Position numbers and translations under genes: made by a program. Below the pieces are notes generated by a model. That model saw only the letters and a program-made list of their open reading frames with translations. It was not told the DNA's origin and searched no databases. This document shows positions 51,265 to 60,600 of a stretch of DNA of 64,000 nt, in pieces (the stretch's first letter is position 1; each line of letters starts with the position of its first letter). The DNA comes from Candidatus Latescibacterota bacterium (GTDB lineage: Bacteria; Latescibacterota; UBA2968; UBA8231), in NCBI GenBank assembly GCA_036336855.1, contig JAYZFI010000052.1:73178-137177 (forward strand). The letters are read 5' to 3'.

Positions 51265-53091
51265 TCACTCGTCGTCCAACTGCAGGCCCAAGCGGTTGAG
51301 TCGGTAATCCACAACGCGGCTACGGGCGAAGGCCTTATGGCCTCGCAGTTGGTGCAGACATCGTCGCAGAGTCTGCTCTTCGCCCTCCTTGCTGACTAGT
51401 AGGGCGAAGCCGCCGCCGCCGGCGCCAGTAAGCATTCCGCCTTCGATGAGTTCCGCCACTTCGCCTGCAAAGAGCTGCTGGATATCAGAGGTCGTGGCCT
51501 CGGGGTCGAGGATGCAACGCAGCGCCCAATAGCGAGTCGCTAACTTGCCGAGAGCAGGATAGTCCTGGGCCGAGAGCGTGGCGACAATCTCGTCGTGCAG
51601 TTGCAGGGACTCTGAAACCGCCGGGTAGCGGAGCCGGTCTCGCGACAAATAGGCGTCAAGCACGGCGTTGAGTCCACGGGTGGCACCACGGGCGATGCCG
51701 GTGTCGAACAGCACGATGCGCTCGACGAAGGTGTTTTCGTCGACTTCGATGTGGCGCAGCTCTGGGGCGGGCAGTCCCTCGGTCGGCGGCGCGTAGAAGT
51801 CCTTCACGGCACTGTCGCCGCCGCGGGCGCCACGCGCGTCCTGCCAACCCGAGTTGAGGCCGATGGACTGCTCGAGAAGAACGCTCTGGTCGTAGAGCGA
51901 AGGATATTCTCCCTCAGAAGTGCCGGCCGGGTCACCGACGGCTCGGTAGAGGGCCTTGAGAAGCGCCGCGGCGAGGATGCTGCTGGTGCCGAGGCCAGAG
52001 CCCTGCAACACGGCACTGGCGGTTTTGATCTCCAGTCCGCCGCCGCCGGTGAAATCAACGACGTCCTGCACCACATCATGGGAATCGGGACGGATAATCC
52101 CGCTGTGCACGAGGGCCTGCTTGGCCATGCGCAAGGACTTGTCGCCCCCGCGGCGATAGGAGAAGAACAGCTCGCTCTGGGCGGCACGGTCGCCCTTGTC
52201 GTTAGCTTCGAAGTCGGCATGGAAGTCGGTGGATCGCGCCTTGAGAACGAGTCGCGCCTCCGGGAGCCGGTTCAGAGTGACCGTCACCGGCGTCACCGGC
52301 TGATCGGAGCCCTCCACCTGCAGATCGATGGCGGCGTTGACGGTCTTGCCGCCCTGCTCCTTGCTGCGGGCGTGGTTGTCGGAGGCGTTGGCACTGGAGA
52401 TTCCCAGGCGAAGTGGTGAGCGCACGGTGAACACGGTGTCCCAGTCCGCTTCTTCCATGGGTAGGCATCGAGTCTCGGCGACGTCACGAAGGCTGTGTCG
52501 CAAGTCGACGCGCTGCAGTTGGTTGATGCGGGCCCTGTAGGCTTGGGGTAGGGAGGCGAAGTCTTTCGCCTCCTTCAGCACTACAATGTGCCTACTATCG
52601 ACAGCGCAGGCGGGCAGGTTGCGGCGGCGCCAGATCTTGGGATCCTGAAGGCGCTCGTAGATGTCAGACATAATCAGGCAGACGCGCATGCCGGCGAGGC
52701 GGCGACGGCTTCCCTCGAGTCCGTTGAGAAAACGGTCAAGACGTTTGAGGCTATCGATTAGGGGTTTCACCGACTTCTCCGGCACCAGCCGCAGTGTGTC
52801 TACGTGACTGACGTCGAGAGCGTCTTGCACGAGCTCCACGAGTAGGCCGGGCAGCTCGCGCTCTACGGCGTCTCCGAACAGCTTTTCCCAATCCTCTGAT
52901 ATCACGGTTTCCAAGAGCCGATCTACGGCATCGCCGATGCAGCCCTCGCGCGCCAGATCCGCACCGAGAAGCAGAGCGCGAATTGCGGCTCGTCGCTTCT
53001 TGATATCGGATTGACCTTGGCGGGCTTCGCGGAGAATTTCAGCCAGCAGCTCTCCGGCTTCAGCCAGATAGGCAGCGGTCGCTTCCTGCAT
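51265..53091 (-). CDS. GHMP-family sugar kinase (fucokinase/heptose-kinase-like) fused to a ~230-aa N-terminal helical domain of unknown function
   Basis: ..RSPLRLGISSANASDN....GGKTVNAAIDL.. (GHMP motif I region), ..LQGSGLGTSSILAAALLKAL.. (motif II), ..GWQDARGARGG.., ..TGAGGGGFALLVSK.. (motif III). Start trimmed to MQEATAAYL (ATG 53091), 1 nt after the upstream stop. Confidence 0.7.
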   Translation of the reverse strand: MQEATAAYLAEAGELLAEILREARQGQSDIKKRRAAIRALLLGADLAREGCIGDAVDRLLETVISEDWEKLFGDAVERELPGLLVELVQDALDVSHVDTLRLVPEKSVKPLIDSLKRLDRFLNGLEGSRRRLAGMRVCLIMSDIYERLQDPKIWRRRNLPACAVDSRHIVVLKEAKDFASLPQAYRARINQLQRVDLRHSLRDVAETRCLPMEEADWDTVFTVRSPLRLGISSANASDNHARSKEQGGKTVNAAIDLQVEGSDQPVTPVTVTLNRLPEARLVLKARSTDFHADFEANDKGDRAAQSELFFSYRRGGDKSLRMAKQALVHSGIIRPDSHDVVQDVVDFTGGGGLEIKTASAVLQGSGLGTSSILAAALLKALYRAVGDPAGTSEGEYPSLYDQSVLLEQSIGLNSGWQDARGARGGDSAVKDFYAPPTEGLPAPELRHIEVDENTFVERIVLFDTGIARGATRGLNAVLDAYLSRDRLRYPAVSESLQLHDEIVATLSAQDYPALGKLATRYWALRCILDPEATTSDIQQLFAGEVAELIEGGMLTGAGGGGFALLVSKEGEEQTLRRCLHQLRGHKAFARSRVVDYRLNRLGLQLDDE

Positions 53092-53092
53092 C

Positions 53093-54613
53093 TCAGCTGA
53101 CCTCCACCGACGCGCCAGGAGGTACGGACGCGGTGTCCATGGGAGGTGGCTGCAAGGAGGCCAGTCGGTCCCACATACACAGAGAGACACCGCGTTCGCA
53201 GCCGTTGTCTTGGGAACGCAGAAACCGGGAGTGTGCCAGACCCGCGGGGCGGGGATTGGCCTCTACCACCACGGCGCGGAACTCGCTGGAGGCGCCGAGA
53301 TCGAGGACGAGGTCGACACCGACGAGCGCGACGTCTCCCAGACACTCGGCGGCCCTGGTCGCCGCTCGGACGATGCGCTGACGATCGTCGGGCAGCAGGG
53401 TGACCAGGGCGCCGTCGCGGCGGCGCACGAGATTTTCGAGCGCCTCTTCCAGGTCGATGATGGTGCCGCCCCGACCCCGTGAAGCCGGTGTGTCGGCGTC
53501 GGTACCTATCTGCGCGTAACCCGACTCAGCACAGCTCTGGCCGTCGATGGTGGTGGCCACGTGCAGCCGCAGAGCCAGGGTATGGTAGGTGCCGGAGCAC
53601 GGATCTCTGTAGACGACGCCGTCCCTTCGCTCCTCGACAACGGCGGCGCCCCACTCCCAACAAGCGGCGAGCCGATGCTTGAGGCTGGCGGTGTCGTTGC
53701 CGCGCAGCAGGAAGACACACTCGCCCTCGGTTCCGGTGTTGGGCTTGACCACCAACTCCTCGGTCTTACCGGCAAAGCGTTGCGCCAGCTTGTGCTGGCC
53801 GGGGGGCAGCAATCGCTGCCGCGGCACGTCGATCCCATGCTCACGCCAGCGCCGCACGGAGGAGGCCTTGTCATCAGCGACCAAGGAGGCGCTGTAGTTG
53901 TTGAGGAGCGGTATCGCGTCGAGCTGCTTGGCCCACAAGCGATGGCGCTCGGTCTGTTCGTCGCCCAAGGCGACGAACTGCGCCGAATGCAAGAGCAGCG
54001 GCGTTTCCAGGGCACACTCGAGGAAGCGATCTCGCAAGCCTTCGTAGTAGAGGACCCGTTGCGCTCTGCCGCCGTCCAGCCAGTCTCCATGGACGCTGAC
54101 GACGTTGAATTGGAAGGGACCGCCGCGCCGGCTGTCGCTGGTGGCCGCGTCTGCGATGAGGGGGTAGAGCTCGTGGGTGATGAGCGGCGCCGCGGCAAAA
54201 ACCACACCGTGATGGTGAAAGCCCTCCAGTTCGCGCTCTACTCGGTTCAGGGAGCGTGGCTCAGGGCAGATGCAGACCTCCGGCGCCATGGATGCGCTCA
54301 CTCGTGCCTCGATGGCGAGATGAATGATGCGCTCGCAATACAACGGATCTCGCCACAGCGCTGTCAGCACTGGAGCCATCGCGTCGGCGTGCAGCACCGG
54401 AGCCAGGAGTTCACGCGCCCGCTCGCAGACCTCGCGCAGCACCGACCGCGCGTGCGTGGTCAGGGTTGGCATGGGAACGTCTTCCTCAATGCGGGCAGCC
54501 ACCAGGTACTTTAGCAGCACGCTCGCCTCCTCCGCACGCAGAGGAGTGGTGGGACGCGACAGCGATAGGGCTTCGGCAGCTCGCCGAGCGACTTGGCGGC
54601 AGAGATCTCTCAA
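53093..54613 (-). CDS. ATP-grasp-fold protein (carboxylate-amine ligase type) with ~200-aa unassigned N-terminal region
   Basis: ..ELVVKPNTGTEGECVFLL.., ..AAVVEERRDG.., ..VALVGVDLVLD.......AVVVEANPRPAGL.. follow the ATP-grasp order. TTG 54613 overlaps the giant-gene stop (TTGA). An alternative GTG 54520 is preceded by GGAGGAGG. Confidence 0.6.
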   Translation of the reverse strand: MRDLCRQVARRAAEALSLSRPTTPLRAEEASVLLKYLVAARIEEDVPMPTLTTHARSVLREVCERARELLAPVLHADAMAPVLTALWRDPLYCERIIHLAIEARVSASMAPEVCICPEPRSLNRVERELEGFHHHGVVFAAAPLITHELYPLIADAATSDSRRGGPFQFNVVSVHGDWLDGGRAQRVLYYEGLRDRFLECALETPLLLHSAQFVALGDEQTERHRLWAKQLDAIPLLNNYSASLVADDKASSVRRWREHGIDVPRQRLLPPGQHKLAQRFAGKTEELVVKPNTGTEGECVFLLRGNDTASLKHRLAACWEWGAAVVEERRDGVVYRDPCSGTYHTLALRLHVATTIDGQSCAESGYAQIGTDADTPASRGRGGTIIDLEEALENLVRRRDGALVTLLPDDRQRIVRAATRAAECLGDVALVGVDLVLDLGASSEFRAVVVEANPRPAGLAHSRFLRSQDNGCERGVSLCMWDRLASLQPPPMDTASVPPGASVEVS

Positions 54614-57600
54614 GAGCTTGCCTCCAACGCCTGCAGGTACTGCTCCCCGGCGTAGCTGAGATCGCTAAGCACGCGGCGAGCCTGCAGGCCTACCTGCTGC
54701 CAGTCGAAGTTTCGGCCCTCAGCATCGGCAGTGGTTCGCTCGTGCACTTCCTCGCGCAATGTGACCCGATCCCAGAGGCCGACGCCGATGTTGGGCTCGA
54801 TGAGAACCGCCCGCCAACCTGAAACCGTGCCCTGCCGGCGTCGTTTGAGGTGCTGCAGGATGAACCGAGGCTGGCCATTCCCGTCGAGTTCGACCTCGAC
54901 GAGATCTCCGGCCTCGGCAAAGCGCGGCGTCACAAGAAAGTCGAGCATCATGTAGCGCGGTGTTCCGTAGGACACTCCGGCTAGATCCGAGCCGATCTCC
55001 CGTCCCGTCTCCTGCTGATACTCCTCGGCGCGCAGTTGCGCGTAATCCGACAGCGCTTCCATGACCGACGCAGAGGCCTGCTCCAGACCTGCCAACAGCT
55101 GATCGCGATGCTCGGGCCGGACGAAACGAGGCAGAAACTGCTCGAGACTGCCGCCCCGGCCGACGTTGGTGATAAGCTGCTTGCTATTGAGGGTGATGAA
55201 GTGGGAGAATTGCCAGCGGTGCTCCGGTGGTGCCAGGGGATCGGCAGTGGAGACGATGACCCGATGGGACCCGTATAGCGGCGAGTGCGGTCGACGCCGG
55301 CGCTCCACGGGAGATCCCCACTCCACGATCTGACGGTGCACGAAGTCGGCGAGGAACTGTTCCGTCGCCCAGAACTCTGGCGAGGCGACGATGACCTCCT
55401 GAATGGCGACGTTGTGCCGAAGAGAGATCTGGTAGACGAAGTCGACGGTACGCTCGAGCTCTTTCTCATCCACGGCCTCTTCGCCGGGACGGCGCAGCAC
55501 AAAGGCCGCCTGATTGCGTCCCCCGGACTCGGCGGCATCTTTGACCACGATGACGCGGTGCTGAGCGGCGAAACTGCGCAAGCCCGGGTAGTCCGTTTCC
55601 GGCAGGCCGTTCTCGATCCACGATCGCGCCGTGCGCTCTTCACCGGCGCGCTGGGTGAAAGCGGCGAGCCAGTCGATCTCCCGGGGCGTCTCCACGCCGG
55701 GGTGGCGCTCGAAGATGTCGGGATACTTGGCCTTGTCGTAGGTCGTCCAAGTGTGAAACAGGGACTGGACCGAATAGGGGAGGCCGCAATCCTCAAACTC
55801 CCCCTTGGTGTAGAGAGGATCGCCGTGGAAGGGATAGACTATGGAGGCGAGTACGGGCTCACGAAAGCGCACGGCGAGCCGCACTCCCTTGGGGTGGGCC
55901 GCCTCCGCCCGCGAGCGTGCGTTTGCCTCGCTCAGACCTCGGCAGCGAACTAGGGCAGTGACATACTCTTCGGCCGATACGTAGAGATGCCCACTGCTGA
56001 CCTCTGCGACGCGGCGCTCCCCTGCCTGGCGAAGATGTACCTGACGGGTGATAATGAGGTTGGCTCCCCTGCGCCCGGTGGTGAGCAACTCGGCATTCAG
56101 GCTCGGGCCCTCGCGCAGTGCCCGTGAATAGTGCGTTCGTCCCACCGGCAGAGCGATGATGTGGTTCACCCGGGCCGACGCAGCGATGATCTCGGGATCG
56201 AAGTCGGCGAAGACTTCGGGCAGAGGAAAGCCGTCGTTGCGGATGAAGGCGAGCTCGCGCAATTGTCCATAGGATCTCCACTTGAGCTCGGCAGGACCAT
56301 CGGCGTCCGCGCCGATGGCGTCGACTTGGGTACCGGACAGGAAGTTTCCCAGCAACTGATCCTGCTCTTCGACGCTGAGTTCCCCGACCTCGGTGAGCTG
56401 TGTGACCACGAGGCGCAGATAGCGATGGAGCCAGTCGTGCCGAGCGACGGCGAGCTCGTAGAGGGCTTCGCCGGAATACGACGAAAAACCGACGCCCCGG
56501 GAATAGACCCAAGGTCGGTACTCGTAGAAATGGTCGTTGATAGTCTCGGCGAAGAAGTCGGCCAGCGCTCGCCAGATTTCCTGCGTATCGGTGTTCTCGG
56601 GAGCGCGCGAGAAGGGCAGCGTGGACTCCACAGCCAGCAGGATATAGAACAGCTCCGCGCCCCGCGCCACCATATCGAGGTGGATCTGCGCAGTGCCCTC
56701 GTCGGCCGCCCGTTCGACTGCGGCCTGGGCGAGGCGGCCGAAGTCGCCCACGTCCTCGTAGCCTCCGGCGATGGCACGCCAGTTGTCCACGTCGACCTGC
56801 CGTCCCAGAAAGAGCGCGGTCAGGTGCTCGATGAAGAGTTGAGCCTCGTCGATCTGTTCCTCGACGTAGAGCTGCCTGACCAGGGTCAGCAGGGCGTTGC
56901 GCGTGTGGCTGATGAAAGCGCCGAACTGACTCTCCGTGACCAGCGAATTGCCATCACCGAGAGCGGCTTTGGCAGCGGTGAAGGCTTCATCGAAGGAGGT
57001 GGATTCAGAGGCTGCCGCCTCCACAGCACGATAGCGCTCGTTGAGCGCTCGCGCTCGTGAGATCCTCTCGGCAAGCTGGCGGCGTGCTTCTAGGGCGACG
57101 ACGGGGCGGTCTTCGGAAGCCTTATTAGAGCTCTCTATCCCCTTCTCCTCGCGAAATTCGTGAGGCGTTGCCACTACTGCGGGGCAGAGCAGATTCACCG
57201 GTGCATCGTCGGGCCAGTGCGAGCCTCCGCAAGCGAGGATGGCTTTGGCCATCCTCGCGCGGAAGCGCTCGATCTCTTCCGGATGGGCACCGGCCAAAAG
57301 GAAGCTGCCCCCCAAAGCGAGAAAGTCCTCGAAGGTCAACTGCTCTAGCGGCAGGCCCCCCGCGACGCGCAGAAGAGATTGGCTCAGAACCTCGTCGCGC
57401 TCGCGCAGTCTACCGAAGCGCCTGAGCTTGTCGACCTCGGCCAACTGGCGCTGCACCTCCTGTTCGCCGCGGACCTCAGCGACGATCTCGGCGTAGAGGC
57501 GTAAAGCCGATTCGTGGCCTTCCTCGGTCAGCGCGGTCGCCAGGCACTGGCAGCGCCGCCGCCGCCGCCTCATCTCTGCTCGCCACGCCTCGACGGTTTC

Positions 57601-60600
57601 CTCGCCGACGCCGATGCTGAGGTAGATCGGCTGACGATCGATGGCTTCGCCGGCGGCGAACCAGAGCTGCACGTCATAGCGGTTGAGGGCGCGACGACGT
57701 GCGCCCGAAGCTCCGTCGACGATGACGAGAGCGCTGTCAGGCCGGTTCTCGCACATGAGCTGGACGATGTGGGCGGGATTTTCTAACAGGCGCAGCAGCT
57801 CGCGGTGGGGAACGCCGGCGTCGAGAACGTCGGCGCCCTGCAGAGCCATCTCAAAGGAGCGTTCGGGACCGCGAGACTCCAGGGCGAGGACGTGGATGTT
57901 GCCTCCAAGACGATTCGCCAATCGTCGCCGGGTGTCGGCATCGATATCTGTAGCGGTGGCCCAGGCATCGAGTGTAGGGCCATAGGTTCCCATATTGGCG
58001 TCGATCTCAGCGTCGCTGAAGCCGGCACAGTTCAGGTCTAATCGCGCCTGTCGCGCAATCTTTTCGAGCCGGCTGTCGCTGGTATAGCCGAGCAGGTCCT
58101 GGGTCGACAATCCGGTGGAGGAGACCATGCGCAAGTCCGCCGCTGACTCGGGGGCGGGAAAGAGGTGGTGCAGGGCAAAGGCGTCATCGGGATCAGCGCC
58201 CACCAGTTCGGCGATGGTGCGGTCTCGCCCGCGTTGCTCCAGGACAGAAAAGCCCTCGGTCAGCAGGGACCCTATATCTTGACCGTCACGATCTAGGGCA
58301 TGGAACAGATGGTCTCCGGTGCCAGCGAGGATCTCGAACTTGCGCATCCCCACCGAGAACCGGCCGTCCTGAGTGTCGGGCTTATACTCCGCGGCGAGGA
58401 CGGCGACAAAGCCTCCCGGTGCCGCCCGCGGATGGCGGGTCCGCGCCTGCTGAACTCCTTGTCGCAGCAGCCAGGACTTGAAGAAGGGCATGAAGCGATT
58501 GACGTGCTCAGCGCCGGCTACCATGTGGTGGATCCCCCAACGTGCTACCAGCGCGGACGTCACGCGATCAGTCTGGCGCAGCTCCGGCTGTCCCAGGTTG
58601 TCGAGAACACGGGCGAGGCGAGTCGCCTGGAAGACGGGGATTCGGGATCTCGCCACGCCCCGATAGCGCAGCTCAAAGTGCTCGCGCAGAGTGGTCTCAT
58701 CAGCGAGGTATTCGGCGGCCCACTCCTCCCACTCAAAGTCGCTGGTGAACTCGGGCCGCCGGTCCAGCAGTCGCGCCGAGAGATTGGCGACGCGCGCGTG
58801 GTCTTCGCGAGGGATCCCTAGCTGGCGAAGCTTCTCGTGCCGGCCCAGGGTCAGCACGAACTCCAAGAAAAGGCCGTCCTTGGGAACACAGTAGCCGCCA
58901 TAGCCTTCTCCCGCGGGATGGATGATGCGATCCCGACGTCGACTCATCTGATCACCCATCTCCTCAATGTCGCCGTGTCGCGTGGCATTGACCATGAGCG
59001 CCAGCGAGTTGGAGAACGCGAAGTGGGAGGCCATGGAGGCATTCTCGCCGGTCTTGAGGACTTCCGGCTCCATGAGACTGTCGTAGCTGCGCACCGACTT
59101 GTTGATGAGCCCGTAGATCTCGCGACCGACACGGGCGGCGGCGCGATCCGCCCCTCCCACCCACTGCGACCAAGTCTCCACCGATTCCCGCTCGCGGTGA
59201 CCGAGGTCAACGCGACTTGGCGTGTAGAGCAGGTGATAGCGCTTGCCGGCGCCGGTGGCACGCAGGTTATGGAGGGGATCGAGAGTGAGGGCGTTGAGAC
59301 CGCGATCGGCAAGAACCTCCTTGCGAGCCGTGGTCTGGGTGAGACGCCCGTAACGGCGCAGATAGCTGCCGATGCGGTCTTCCACGTCGGCAGCGTGGAT
59401 CTCGCCCAGGCGCTCGAGAACTTCGCGGCGTGCCACGAAGCGAGTGAAGCTGGCCAGATCCTGGCGGTAGTCGGCGTCGCCCTCCACTACCGCGGTGAGA
59501 GCGGCGGCCTCATCGATACCACCGCTTTTGCGTAGGCGCTCGACCTCTTCCCAAAGAGTGGCGCCGTTGCGCTCCGCGACGCGATGCAGGGCACGGGTCA
59601 CCAGGCTCGCTGGTGGCTGGGCGAGCAGCTCTTCGACGGCCGGTGGATCCTGAACGGCGTCTGCCGATTGCGTGCCCACATCCTCTTCCGTGAGCTCGAT
59701 GAGAGCACCGAGCACGGCGACTTCGACCCGAACAGCGTGGTTGCGACCCAGCACCAGACTGACCGCTGCCTCTTCGGCAATGTCCTCGGTAGCGGCGGCT
59801 TCTTCCACCTCGACCCAGATGCCTAGCTCGTGGATGATCTGGCGGGCGAGCGCGCGCAGGCGCTGGCGGTAGTGCTGAATCCGCTCATCCACGGCCTCCT
59901 CGAGCCCCTGAGCCTGCACCACGCTGGCCAGCGACATAGACTCCTCCAGCCAGGTGCGCACATAGCCATCGGTCATGCCTGCAGACTGGGTGGTGAGTAC
60001 GTGCAGCACCGGCAGGGGACGGCGAGCCCGGAAGACCTCCTGGAAATTGCCGTCGAGTTGCGCCCCCTGGGTGGCCGGTTCGGGACGATCGTCGTCGCAA
60101 AGTGGCGAGAACAGGATGCTCAGTAGAGCGCGGAAGGGCTCTTCTTCCGCCTCGACCCGTTGCTGGATGGCGCCGACGTGGCGGCGATAGACCTGCTCGA
60201 CCCGCGAGCCAGTGGCTATCACCGCGGTCGCTTCGGCGTACTGACGGCACCAGTCAAGCGCCCGCACCTCGGCATCGAGGGCCAATGGATCCTCATCTGT
60301 GGCCGCCGACCACAGGAGCAGGCGCGCCGCCGACAAGAACTCGGATTCCAACACGGATCGCAGATTGCGCGCCCAGTGCTCGGCCATCTCCTCGCGGAAG
60401 GATTCCTCCATGCCGGCGATATCAATCACCGTGCGGGTAGACTCATGACCGTCGTCGTCGACGAGGACCTCCTCCTTGATGAACAGCGGGATCGCCTCGA
60501 TCCAGTGATCGGCATGCTGCAGCCAGCGATAGTCGGGTGAGGAGTAGACACGATTCCCGGCGAGCCGCAACAGCTTGCGCAGGTTCTCGGACTTGCCCAG

